From: Spizellomyces punctatus DAOM BR117
Lineage: Eukaryota
Direction: 5' to 3' (one strand)
Assembly (NCBI GenBank): GCA_000182565.2
Contig: KQ257463.1
DNA: 64,000 nucleotides
In this document: positions 38,532 to 50,681 of the stretch, one piece after another
Layout: each line of letters opens with the position of its first letter
Position numbering within the stretch: position 1 is the stretch's first letter
Translations under genes and position numbers: made by a program
Notes under the pieces: generated by a model
The model's database searches: none
Seen by the model: only the letters and a program-made list of their open reading frames with translations
Told to the model about the DNA's origin: nothing

Positions 38532-41422
38532 ATGTCTACCGATGTGCAAAAGAAAAAGGCCAAGCGGGGAAAGCGAGGGGGTAAGCGGGCCAAGGAACGA
38601 GGACTAGCGGAGGAGAATAGACCTCTGACAGCAGAGAATGGAATTGCTGAAGAGACTGGTGAGCAAGAGGTATCAGAACGGCCACCAATTGAAATACCCA
38701 CCGAAACATCAACAACGGAGGGACAGCTTCCCGGAAAGAAGAAAACGAGACGTGGGAGAAGGGGGAAAGCAGCGGTTGAGGCTGAAGCGACTGGTGTAAA
38801 CGCAGTGGGGATTGGCTCTGGACGCACAGATGCTGAACAAGCCGCTTGGGAGAACTGGGAATCTGATAAACCTTCGAAACCTGCCTTGCAAAATCAGCCC
38901 TTTTTCGGACACCTCTCTCCCGATGAACAAATGTACTTTCTTACCCTTGAACCTCGTCTCGATTCGCCTTTCGAAACTGCCGAAGACCAGACGTTGTTTG
39001 TTCAAGCAATGTATCGCGAACTCGACGGGAAGGAGCTCATTGTAGCTTCGTCACCGGAGTGTTCCATGGTGCTCGAAAAGCTCTTGAAACTCTCCGATGA
39101 TTTTCGTCTTCGCATCTTTTTTGATCGACTAAATGGACGATTTGGGGACTTGTTCAGGCATCAATTTGGATCACATGTTATACAGGCGCTTTTGGGAATT
39201 GCTGCTGATGTTATTGAGAGGGAATGTCAGGGCGAGTCGAACGTTGATCTGGATGAGGTGGATCCAGAGCTCGTGAAGGAGCTACCGACCATGGTGGATT
39301 TGGTCTTGGCCTTGTGTGAACAAGGTGAGGGGCACTGGGCCGAGTGGATGGTCGACCCCTATGCGTCCCATCTTGTTAGAACGGTATTATGTGTCCTGGC
39401 GGGGAAGGGAGAGATCGATTTGAGGAGCAAAAAATCAAAAAAGTACAACGAAGAGCACAACAATGTCAACCTCGCTCGCACTCAAGGTCGGCCGACGACA
39501 AAGCCAAAAAAACAGCGGGTCGTTCCCGAATCCTTTGGTGAAATGTTACGTCAGATTTCTCAGGATATCGTATCCAGTCTGTCTGGTCCCGAACTACGCA
39601 ACTATGCGCAGGACCCTGTTGCAAACCCTGTTATCCAACTCCTCTTATCCTTCCCACACGCCAGCGAGCCGCTGATCACTGCATTATTAAATATCCCAGA
39701 CGCAAGCACTAGCACACTATCGCACGACGATTTCATCGAATCACTCATCAAGTCCCAAGTCGGATCCCACCTGTTCGAGAAACTACTAGCAACATCACCA
39801 CCCCATCTTTTCCACCAGCTCTACATCACGTATTTCCGTGGCAAACTTCAAGAGTTGTGTCTCCACCCAGTAGCAAATTTCGTTGTGCNNNNNNNNNNNN
39901 NNNNNNNNNNNNNNNNNNNNNNNNNNNNNNNNNNNNNNNNNNNNNNNNNNNNNNNNNNNNNNNNNNNNNNNNNNNNNNNNNNNNNNNNNNNNNNNNNNNN
40001 NNNNNNNNNNNNNNNNNNNNNNNNNNNNNNNNNNNNNNNNNNNNNNNNNNNNNNNNNNNNNNNNNNNNNNNNNNNNNNNNNNNNNNNNNNNNNNNNNNNN
40101 NNNNNNNNNNNNNNNNNNNNNNNNNNNNNNNNNNNNNNNNNNNNNNNNNNNNNNNNNNNNNNNNNNNNNNNNNNNNNNNNNNNNNNNNNNNNNNNNNNNN
40201 NNNNNNNNNNNNNNNNNNNNNNNNNNNNNNNNNNNNNNNNNNNNNNNNNNNNNNNNNNNNNNNNNNNNNNNNNNNNNNNNNNNNNNNNNNNNNNNNNNNN
40301 NNNNNNNNNNNNNNNNNNNNNNNNNNNNNNNNNNNNNNNNNNNNNNNGCCTGCGTGTGTTATTATCCTGTATCCCTATCAGCTTCATGGCCCCTACCTGT
40401 AGAGACAACTATTCGGTGGTCCCAAGATGCGGTCGCTTCTCATCTCCTAGAAACTCTTCTCATAACCCCAACACTAAATACGAAAGCTAAACGAAAGCTT
40501 ATCCGCGGCTGGCTCGGAAGCTTTGCTCCTATGGCTTGCAATAAGTATGGCTCCCATGTCGTTGACAAATGCTGGGCAGTGGCGGATCTAGCATTGAAAG
40601 AGAAGATGGCGGAGGAACTCGTTAAGAGTTTTGATCGACTCCGCAACGACCATTTCGGACGATTTGTGGCACGAAATTGCAAATTGGAGAACTTTAAGAG
40701 GAGACGAGAAGAGTGGGTTGAGCGGTTGGCTGGGGTTGAAAAGAAAAAGGATATGTTTGGGGAGTTTTTCGACGATGCAGACAAACAAGGAAAGAGGGTG
40801 GTTGCAAGTGAGCAAGGGCCAGTCGATGGGACAGAAGGGGAATCGAAAGAAGTTGAGGATCCTCTTTGGACTACTCATATCTTTGATGAGGGTATGGCGG
40901 CGCTAGGGTTCGCAAATAGGACGGCTGAGAGCTTGAGGAAGGGAACAGACGACAATGTGAAGAAAGATAAGAAGAAGAAAAAGAAAGTTTCTAGCGCTGT
41001 AAAGGATTTCGAAAATGTTGAGAAGGTACGGTGTTGACTTATTGCTGATGTTCTTGGGTTAGGAGATCAGTTGCTCATATGCGATCGTTCGTGCAAACGT
41101 ATAGATGGCGTTGGACGATGAACAAGACGACGTCACAATGGAAGAGACATCTACTGATGTGACCAAGGAAAGCCGAGATGAAATTGAAAACTTGTTCAAA
41201 AAGACGAAGAAAAGAAAGCGTGGAGAAGTTGTGTCTGATGTGGTAGATGACGAGGCCGTAGAGAATGACGAGGATCAAAACATACCGGTACTCAAAACCG
41301 TTGAAAGGGATTTGGCCGGCGTCTTAGATGCCATTTCAGCGACAAAACGTAAGAAGAGCAAGTCCAAAAAGGCTGGTGCAGATGAAAAAGGGGAGAAGAA
41401 GAAGCGGAAATTTGAGGGATAG
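38532..41422 (+). CDS. NOP9: Nucleolar protein 9 (Pumilio-like repeats), interrupted by assembly gap
   Basis: FFGHL...EQMYF, GKELIVASSPECSMVLEKLL, FGSHVIQ, YASHLVR, VGSHLFE, HPVANFVV, YGSHVVDKCW, FGRFVARNCKLENFKRRREEW. Confidence 0.92.
39889..40347. other. Assembly gap (459 N)
   Basis: Run of N inside the NOP9 coding region. Confidence 1.
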
Positions 41423-41523
41423 CATTAATTAAATTGTATTTATGCACATGGTTAGGTATCATTCGTTATATACATGATTATACATGATTACTACTACATA
41501 CGAGATATATACTGCAACGACGG

Positions 41524-42457
41524 TTACATCTCTTTCCATCGGACCTTTTCCTGCTCTTTCCACACCGCGACAAACCTATCCACTAGGGAGGTCCACACAG
41601 TATCTCTAGAAGCCACAAAATCACCATGCCTCGATCTGACACGTTCGCCGCGTGTCACAATGACACCACACGCGTACTCTTGCTTCAATCGCCTGAGTGC
41701 GCGTGCGATCGCGCGATGCATGGAGGGTTGCCCCGCTGAACTTTTATTGATATCATAATCGTCAAAGCGGTTAAACCAGTAATATGTTGAGTAACCGTCG
41801 ATGATCACAAGTGAGGACAGCGTGTCCCGCTCCAATATGAACGATTTTGGGGCGTTCAATAAAGTCGCAAGCATTTGAAGCGGACTTGTAGGGCGACAAA
41901 TGTGCAATCGGGATAGCGAGCTGTTGATAAGTGCGGTGAGGGAGGCCTGAGAGACGGAGGTCGGTGAAATGCACAGCTGGATGTGTGCTCTCATGAAAGA
42001 AGCTAGCTGGGAGAGAGAGAATCGGAGATCTACGTCAATGAGGAGGACTGGTGTTGCGGAACCGCGGAGGGGAATCGCATCTGTTGCTGAAGGCGGCGTC
42101 CATGTGGCGGGGAGAACGGCGAGAGCACTTAGTTGCTACGATGGAAACGATTAGATAGTGATTCGGACAAAACCATGATAGCTGGACCCATACCATAAGC
42201 AGCTGAGTTTTTCCACAGCCTTGAGCACCGGATATATCGACAAGTTCACCTACATGGACTGTTGGCAGGCCCGGTGCCAGCACCAAAGGGGAATTCCTCT
42301 GATAGCAAGCAAACAGGGAGAGTGCGGTATCGCACTCTATTCCCGACAGAATAGATGGAAGTTGCTGTAAGTGTTCTTGTTGCTGTTGTTGCTTGTGCTG
42401 TGGATTGGCATCTCCCATGATCATTGGGAAACGCTGCAAACGCAACTTGCTCTCCAT
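41524..42457 (-). CDS. XRCC2: Rad51 paralog, XRCC2-like (2 exons)
   Basis: GELVDISGAQGCGKTQLL (Walker A), A..VLP..W, VLLIDVDLRFS, SLSRLHICRPTS, LVIIDGYSTYYW (Walker B). Confidence 0.8.
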
Positions 42458-42849
42458 TACTCAATCAAATGACATTTCAATGCGGTTAAGCTGTGGCTAA
42501 ATTTAAATTGGATGTGGCTAAAATTGGACGCTGTGTTCCAACGCACCCCCTGATGGGCCTCGGTGGGGGTTTTGATTACAAGGTGGTGCTGCGTCTTTTC
42601 CCCAAGGGTTTTCTCTCCATTTGCATTCCAATTGCTTTTTGTTTTCTTTGATTTTGTCGGTCAAGCTTTTTGAGATTTTCGTTGCGGACAAGTCAAAATT
42701 CAAAGCCCTCGTCAACCGCACACAGATCTCTTGGCTTGTTATTTTACCCCTTCGTTCAACGCGGCTGTTTCGTCTAACGGTTAATTGCTCCCACGCCACT
42801 TACCGATCACTCGCTATATTCGCTACTGCTTGTTGTCTGCCTTTTGCAA

Positions 42850-44086
42850 ATGCCGGTCATTACGGAACGGATATCCGAAACCATCGACAGAAAGGAAAAG
42901 GTTGAGGACGATCAGCCAGAGCATAACTTTGCACATGAGAAGAGCGCACACCATGACGTGCGGCTGATTGATCGGCACTGCAGTTCCCTTTTTTCCGGGA
43001 GCAAGTTCAATGGAGAACAAAAGAGTGGGAGAAGCTCTTACGAAGTCACAGTAGAGATTCAGGTAGGTGTTGCCCCCGTAATTTTACTTTCGTGCGTGAA
43101 ACAGACGCTAGAGGTTGTGAGCAAGAATTATGCTCATGAGGTGCTTGTATGGATGGCATTGGTTCCTCATGCCGATGCAATGGTCTGCAGGCATGGTCTC
43201 AAAAAAAGAGACAAGTAATGCCATTGTCTTGCATTTTGTCCGTCGAGGACCACTATCGCCGATTGCAACGCGATTAGTCCCTTAAATGTTATCTGTGGCT
43301 GTGTAAAAGCTCGATTACTGCGCTCTGTCACGTTTAGCTGATGTTCTCGTCTCTCTCGCTCTCGCAGCACGTAGATTTGCGAAATTCTTTCCTTTGCGGA
43401 TACCTGAGTATAAAGGGTCTCACGGATGACTGGCCAGATCTTTGCACCTTTTTCGAAGGAGAAATCATCGGTCCAAAATTCTCGTTCTTGACGCGCAAGT
43501 GGGATGCCGATGAGCAAATTGACAGACAGCACTGGGTGGGTAACTTGATGTTTATTGTGAATGTTAACAATGACGTTGCTGATGGCCATATTGGTATAGA
43601 CAAAATTTTCGGCGTTTAAGGAATACGCGGACGTCTTCAACAAGGATGGATTTGTATATGATTTTGAAAATAATGATTACATCTTTATGCGATGGAAGGT
43701 AAGAGTTTTTGATGCGCGCTGGGAAGAACCTCGCAAAGGAACATGTTGTTAATCCTTCATCAGGAACACTTTTTGGTACCAGATCATCGGATCAAATCGA
43801 TTTCGGGCGCATCATTTGCCGGGTTTTACTACATTGCTTACCAGAAGTCTACAGGGACAATAACGGGCTTATACTTTGTATGTTCATTATTCACTGGTTG
43901 GGCAGATGATGTTGTTACATGCTGACTTTGTGCTATCGCTATAGCATCACAATTCGGAATGGTTCCAGCATTTGTCGTTGAAACATGTTCCTTCCACCTC
44001 ATTCCCAGGTAGGAGATGAACGGGCCTTGGCAAGTTTTCAGTATACTCAGTTTCTTCTTCCCCGTCCAGCTTTCGAATTCCGCTAG
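42850..44086 (+). CDS. GID4: GID/CTLH E3 ligase substrate receptor Gid4/Vid24 (multi-exon)
   Basis: [81 protein letters not shown] stop. Confidence 0.95.
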
Positions 44087-44376
44087 ATACGCATGCGTCT
44101 CCGTCCCCTTCTCACTTACCTTCTTCCTTTTTTTATACATTTTTTTTTTCTACTATTCTGGATAGATAGTAAACATAAGAGCCGGCCGGCCGGGCTGTGT
44201 TGTGTTTAGATTTTTTTTATTGTACAACCAATGTGATCAATGTGTCTAACGATATGAAGCTTAATATTCGAATCGGGTGAAAAATCCTTCCAATATCTAC
44301 ATAAGTATCATTCAAGACGACTACCTCTACACAAATCATTTATTTTTAACAAAGTAGGCAACCATGGTGCACATCA

Positions 44377-46148
44377 TCACCATTTGCGTCTGTATTCCCA
44401 TCTCGTGTTTGAACTTCCAATATTGTTGATGACCGACATATTTGATACATGCATTGTATGCAGCATATTGGAAATCATTTGTGTCTGCATCTGCTGCTGC
44501 ATCAACTTCCCATATGCGGATGCAAAATCTCCTCCACTACCGCCATCCCCAGTTGCCCTCTGCGTGCGCTTCTGATGATCAGACACTACATTCTGAATAC
44601 GGTCGCGAAGCGCTCTGACTCCCAGATCTGCTAGCAACTTTTCGCGGCAGGCAGATTCCGCTTTATATCGCTCTGATTCAGACTTTTGGAACGAGTCGTC
44701 GGCAGATCGTGCCATGTCCCAATGATTCTGTGCGTACAGCTGGGATTGGGATAGACTATGAGCCGTTGAATTCAGACTAGCTGTTTGGCTGCTAATTGTT
44801 GAGAGGTGGTGTTCAAGGCGGTCAGTGAGGGCAGATATGATGTTCTCGGTAGTTTGCAGTTGGGTAATGAGCGCGTCTGAAGGGTAAATCTTGTCGTCCT
44901 GAGATGCATTCTGCTGAATGTCTGCTAGGAGAGTGTCCACTTTTTGTTTGGTTTCGTTGCAACGTTCTTCCAGGTCCTTCACATAATTTCCACAAGCGTC
45001 CTTGACCCATTCCACGTGTGCTTGAAGCTTGGCATGCTTTTCAGCGTCCATGCGTATCCGGGTTCTCTTTTCCTCAGCCTCAAAGGTCTCGTCGGCCTGA
45101 CGAGCTTGATCCCAGGCGTTGTGGGCTGTAGTAACCAGAGAGATGGACTTGATGTACCCCGTCTCTGCCAGTCTGCATTGACGTCGTGGGTGGTGCTTAT
45201 GAGGGTGAGAATGGTGTCATGAGTCCTTTGCAGCGTGGTGAGGATGTGATGAATAGCTTTCGGATCAGACTTGAGGTTTGCGTAGAGAGCTTCAATTTCT
45301 TGAGATGTTTGTGCCAATCTATCTAGTGTTGGCACAAAATATCCTAGGCGCCATCGCTCGAGGGCATCGCGCTCATTTTGGAGCCGGATCTGCTTTTCGT
45401 TTTGTTCAAATGCTTCCTGTAGAGTGTTGGCGCCACTCCAATCGCTCCTACCGTAGAATGCTTTAAGAGCATTGTTGTTCGCTTCACGTCGCTGAGAGGC
45501 TTCCGAGTCTAGATTCTGCGTAATGGAATCTTCCCCAGACTGAAACTCCCATCGCCGGTCGAGGTTACTGAGTGTACATGCTTGCGTTGTGGCTTCTTGG
45601 ACTTTGTTCATTAGGTCAACTAGATCTGTTGGCGGATCCGAGGTGAGTAGAGCTGCTCGATCAAGTGCGCTTGCAAGGTCTTGGGATGCCGGTAGTGTAG
45701 GGCGCGGTTCGGGGTTCTCATTCTGTTGTTCTTTGTTTACTGATGATCTATCGTCAGAGTTGGTTAAAGCAGTAGTATCTGCAACATTTGCATGCGCCCC
45801 TTGGCCTTCTTTCACGTCCAAGGTCGGGGTGGAAGGGTCACTCGGAACCCGTTCTTTCTGCGCTTCATCTCCTTCGAATCGGACCGCCTCAACTTTGTTT
45901 ACCGCTCTAGGTTCCTTCTCCAAACCTCTGCCATAAAATTGCCTCCGCTTCTTTCCCTCCTCTTCTACAAATGCTTGGAATATTTGATATGCCTCAGCGA
46001 CGTGTCCTTGCTCATAAAGCTCAGCTTCACGCTGACAAGCTGACTGATAGGACGAGAGAGATGTAGCATAGAACGGAGAGAGGGTGGGATGGTCGTTGTT
46101 GCTTGTGCCGTTCTTGGTCCGTGGTGGAAGCGGTGGTGGTGCAGACAT
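44377..46148 (-). CDS. Large alpha-helical hypothetical protein split over two frames near 45130-45175
   Basis: Two overlapping long ORFs (44979-46157 and 44377-45051) on the same strand with continuous helical composition. N-terminal PPPLPPR. Confidence 0.65.
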
Positions 46149-46795
46149 TCTGCTCAAATTCGTAGTGCGGAGCCGGTGGGTTCTGGCACTAGCACCCGCA
46201 CCAGGGAATGAACCGGCGACAACCGGTTCGGAACCTAATTTCCGCTACGGCTGGAACAATCCTCCTGAACTCGTCTGGTCTGCCAGGTCCATCTACCATT
46301 CATTGCAAAAGACTTACATTACTACACCGTTACAGTGACCGGGTGTTGCAAGGCGTGTGGCGTATCCTGGAAACCCAAGAAGCTGTTACTTAAGGTGCCA
46401 GTAGCGACTTTACCCTTTCAAAATTCTTGTTGGGTCCTCCTGAATCACGACAGCGGCGTGGCGCTGCTCTGCGCGGTAACATAGCAGCCACATCTCTCTG
46501 TCACAATCAAGATGCACCTTTCAATGCTTTTTTCCAACCTTCTTGCGGGTCCAGAGATTTCCTTTACGAAGCCTTAAGAATCGAGAGATTCCTTAAACAG
46601 AGTGAGTTGATTTTGTATCCAATCATTAGAAGAAGGCTTAGGGTGGCATTATTATAATTATGGCGAGCCAATGACCATACTGTTGGGGTTCGGTCTCTCA
46701 TGATGCACATCACTTTTGGTGCTGACATGTCATAATGCTTATTGGCTCTGTTTCCACATGATATTATCATTGCATTGAGAATTTCAAAAATAAAT

Positions 46796-46866
46796 GCATT
46801 GGTGGTTTAGTGGTATAATTACCGCCTGCCACGCGGTAGACCCGAGTTCGATTCTCGGCCAATGCA
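46796..46866 (+). tRNA. tRNA-Gly (GCC), identical to the copy at 14179
   Basis: Same 71-nt sequence with unrelated flanks and downstream T-runs. Confidence 0.97.
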
Positions 46867-47497
46867 CAGGTTCTTTTGGGTCTAATGTTTTTTGCTCCGT
46901 TGCCCTGCCGCCTAGACGACCCTATCACCGGACACAGTACAACATTGCAAATGATATTTCATCCTCTCGTCGGTTACTCAAATTTTCCAATCTCTCCAAC
47001 CTAGTCATCATTGAATAACTGGCTTTAACCGCATACTTTACTCTCTCCCCATTTGACGTTTACAGTCGTAGATCAACACTATGGCTATCCTTGAGAAATT
47101 CCACAATGTGATAGCTCTTGCCCAAGTGACTCTCAACGGTCGACACAATCCCCGTTACAAAACAGGAAGGTGAGTTATTGAGAACAGAAAGTTTCCTTTC
47201 GCAAGAAGAAGTATTGCAAACCGCAAAAATACTGGCAAACATACATAACATTTCTTCCCAGACGAGAATGTTTAAAAGTTGTAGTTCACCATTGGATATG
47301 CAGAACCCGTAGAATTTGGATGGTTCATGGAGGACCTATACCTCGACAGTAATATAGTAGATGACCTTGTCATTCACCCAGGAACAAAAAAAAACAACGA
47401 ATGTACGAAATGTTACAGCTGCCGGGTCCTGTTTGAATGTTGGTCAGGGGGGGATGCTATCCAACATGAGACGGGTACAAAAAATCTATTTTTGCGA

Positions 47498-47571
47498 TGC
47501 CTCCTCCGAGATTCGAACACGGGACCTTCTGCTTACTAGGCAGACGCTCTAACCAACTGAGCCAAGGAGGC
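47498..47571 (-). tRNA. tRNA-Thr (AGT)
   Basis: Minus strand GCCTCCT..AGGAGGC-A, anticodon arm TCTGC-CTAGTAA-GCAGA, T-loop TTCGAAT with one T-T mismatch in the T-stem, downstream T6. Confidence 0.93.
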
Positions 47572-48090
47572 GTCACAGTTCTGTGGCTCTTGTTAAGATC
47601 TGTAGAGACAGACTTTCGTGAATATCTCTAGAGACACTCGTGCGCCTATACTCTTCCTGGCATCGTCAAAGTCATCCCAGACATTTTTGTCATCACAGTA
47701 CCGTCGGTATGGATCGGCGGCTAATGGAAACAGAGTCTCCGGTATGACAAAGACTTTAATACCTTTGTAGTGGTTCCATTTGCAATAGTTCCTTTAGTGT
47801 TTTTAGGTTTTTGAGTCCGGTCACCTGGTGTGCACACGAACATTGCTTTTCTTCTTCAACGGCATGACATGAAGAAAGATGTTGATCATTGTGCACCCCA
47901 TCGTAAAAGGTCAGTTCGGATAATTCGCTAACTTTTCCAGGATCTAGATCCGGATTTTTGAAGGCGTATCCTAATCTTGTCATTTCGCCATTGTTCAATT
48001 GACAAATATGACATATCTGATGGGTTGAGCTTTAAGTACCACGGATATGACGAATTCACAAGTTTTATCGATAACATGATAATTTATAAT

Positions 48091-48244
48091 GATGTCAAAT
48101 ACATTTATCTAATGTAACAAATTCGTAACCTTTACTCCTCAGTTGTCAAATACGTTTATCTAATGTAACAAATTCGTAACCTTTACCTCCTCAGATGTCA
48201 AATACATTTATCTACTGTAACAAATTGGTAACCTTTGCTCCTCA
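48091..48244. repeat. Three tandem 51-52-bp copies of the deacetylase gene 3' end
   Basis: Units at 48091-48141, 48142-48193 and 48194-48244. The third contains the last codons and the stop of the CDS. Confidence 0.95.
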
Positions 48245-49697
48245 CGTAGTCGACCACCATTTTAGTCAACATTACATTGTACGGAGTGCTGCTATGCTGT
48301 AAGCTAACGTGTCCATCGGTTGCCACATTTGCATTGTCTAAATTATACTTGAAAGTGGCAAAGCTCGAATAGACGTCTTTCAACAGAAACCAATCGTAAG
48401 AGTCGATGTTTTCAGAAAAATTGATGTACCCGAGATCTTTCAGAGTTTTGTCCACTTCTGCATTCGTCGCCGAATGGGGAGGACGCATAATCTTAGGTTT
48501 CGGAAGGCCAAGTTTTGAAAGAGAATCTTCGATACTGATCATTTCGGAGACTACTTGAGTTTGGTTCAAACTCGTCAACCAAGGATGTGTGTAGGTGTGA
48601 CTTGCGATTAAGTGACCATCGGAAGCTATCCGTCTCGATACGTTTGGATAAATATCCACCCCGACCGGAGATCCATCGAAAAAACTGGTCGCGTTGCCGT
48701 TTACAAAAAACGTTGCCATTACTTTTTGAGAAGATAGATAATCTAAAAGCGAGCTCGTATACTTTGAGGGCGCATCGTCGAAGGTCAAGGCAAATAATCC
48801 CGGCTTGCAGATCGTATACTTCGTAGCATAATTGTTGTTGTTGTCCACAAGGTTGACGCTCGCTTTTGCAGTCACCACACTGCCGAGCTGGAAATACCCG
48901 TCCAATGATAAACCGTTCGCAGGTAGAGGTAGTGGATATTTCAACGCTACTTGTACTTTTTGTGTACTGTTGGATCCGTTGACCGTTTTGACTACTGTGC
49001 CGACGACTTTTCCGCTGTAGAGAGCTCGAATGTGTATTTGCCGAGTGATGTTTGTCCATACGTTTACTTGAAACCGATGAACACCGGTGTTTGACAGATA
49101 CTTCGGGAATGAACTGGTGTTTATACATCCTCGTGAATAATCAGCACAGGCTCCCCACTGAGTAGAGCTGACCAAAGTGACGTTTCCGACAGTAAATTTG
49201 ACTCCGGCCGGTAAATTCCATAAAACCACAGCGTACAAGCCATGGTTTAAGGAACTAGTCCAACGGGTCAACGGAAGAGTGTAGGTTTTGAGAACGTTTG
49301 TTACTGACAACGTCGTGTCAAGTTTGATTCGGGTGTCGCACAAGGTTGCAGGGGGAGGTTCGATAGCAATGCCTTTCGAAAGGTGTAAGCCAATCGTAAT
49401 ATTTGATAGAGGAGAACTAGACTTGATGTCGATTTTGATGGCCGAGATCTGACGAGCATCGTGACAACCCGTCAAGGAATACCAGTAAGAATCGGCATTG
49501 GCGCGTTGTAAAGTCAGGTTGCTCAAGAGACCGTTTGAGGCGGGTAAGTTGATTTTCATTGTGCCGTCATCACTGGTGTCTTGCCCTAAAAGGTTCGCCC
49601 CGTCCAAATATCGAGAAGGGTCTGAGAAGTCCTCTAGAACCATGTCGCCAAATGCGACATGATAAAGAAACGGCAAAACAATTAAAGAGAGCTTCAT
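48198..49697 (-). CDS. Secreted CE4 (NodB) polysaccharide/chitin deacetylase with long N-terminal beta-rich modules; intronless
   Basis: Signal peptide MKLSLIVLPFLYHVAFG. CE4 motifs ALTFDDAP, ATFFVNG, ASHTYTHP, MRPPH, DSYDW, SLQHS, KGYQFVTV. Confidence 0.92.
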   Translation of the reverse strand: MKLSLIVLPFLYHVAFGDMVLEDFSDPSRYLDGANLLGQDTSDDGTMKINLPASNGLLSNLTLQRANADSYWYSLTGCHDARQISAIKIDIKSSSPLSNITIGLHLSKGIAIEPPPATLCDTRIKLDTTLSVTNVLKTYTLPLTRWTSSLNHGLYAVVLWNLPAGVKFTVGNVTLVSSTQWGACADYSRGCINTSSFPKYLSNTGVHRFQVNVWTNITRQIHIRALYSGKVVGTVVKTVNGSNSTQKVQVALKYPLPLPANGLSLDGYFQLGSVVTAKASVNLVDNNNNYATKYTICKPGLFALTFDDAPSKYTSSLLDYLSSQKVMATFFVNGNATSFFDGSPVGVDIYPNVSRRIASDGHLIASHTYTHPWLTSLNQTQVVSEMISIEDSLSKLGLPKPKIMRPPHSATNAEVDKTLKDLGYINFSENIDSYDWFLLKDVYSSFATFKYNLDNANVATDGHVSLQHSSTPYNVMLTKMVVDYVRSKGYQFVTVDKCI

Positions 49698-50140
49698 TTT
49701 TGAGAAGATTGTGCAGTCTGAAGGAGTACATTACTACATGTCAGTCTTATACTTCGGAGCGCCATAACATTTACACATGGTATTATTCGGGTCGAGATTT
49801 TCCAGATTTTCTAGACACGAACGACTCAGCCCACCCGTGCACTACGATATCTTCTTTGTCTACGATCAATGGATGACCGCTTGTGGCTGCTCCGGTCATC
49901 GCCGTTTTCTCCACGTGCTGCTTGATAAGAAGCACATTGTCTGGTTATTGGGATTTGAAGATTACATTGTCTAATGGAGGCCTGGAACTTCTCCTGCGTC
50001 GACATTTTCTTTCCTAATACGCTGTTTAGATTAGAGACATTGGGTAATTCTGGAACAATCAACGGCATGTTTGGATTCTACGCATTTCTATTCATAGCTT
50101 TTTAAATTAAAACAATGTGCGGCACTCTTCTTGACAAGGA

Positions 50141-50681
50141 ATGTTATCGATAACATTCGCAACCATGACGGTACCGGATGAGCATCATTGCAGCATCACT
50201 GCAGCATAATCCGTTCCATGCGCGGAACCTTATCCACCGATCACTTCGCCACTATGCACAGGAACGAGTTGTTTCATTTGCTGATCGAGCAGCTTCCTCT
50301 GGGCGTCATCGTTACCGATTCCGTCGGTGGTATCCTTCTGACAAGTCAGGTCATGCGCGAGCTTTGGAATGACTGTGGTATCGATGGTGACTTGTGGAAT
50401 TGCACCGACTCGAATCATCTCGTCATTTACGAAGTGAACAATGTTCTCTACACCTACGACAAGTGGCCACTCACACGGGCGATCATAAATCACGAGTGCG
50501 TGAAGGACGAGATCATCAAATTGAAGACTCGCAACAGCGCGTGCTTGTACGCCCGTGTCTCGGCTTCCCCCGTTTTTCTGCAAGGAACGTGTGCAGCCCC
50601 CAAATCACCTCTCGCTTCCTTGCCACCATGAGTCACGAAATCCGTACGCCCATACACGAATTTTTGTTAAAAGCTTGTTAA
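50141..50681 (+). pseudogene. Broken PAS + HisKA histidine-kinase fragment
   Basis: PAS-like LIEQLPLGVIVTD..WPLTRAI..VSASPV, then a frameshift into SRFLATMSHEIRTPIH and a stop. An 11-bp duplication at 50181-50202 shifts the 5' frame. No HATPase follows. Confidence 0.8.

Noticed and set aside
14179-46866. Identical tRNA-Gly copies as att-like direct repeats of a 32-kb integrated element
   Set aside because: Identity stops at the tRNA boundaries and the enclosed DNA is housekeeping genes. Identical dispersed tRNA genes are normal in eukaryotes.
47060-47260. hAT dimerisation-like SSCERKLS in a short ORF between the two tRNAs
   Set aside because: Only a few matching residues, with no other transposase motifs or terminal repeats.
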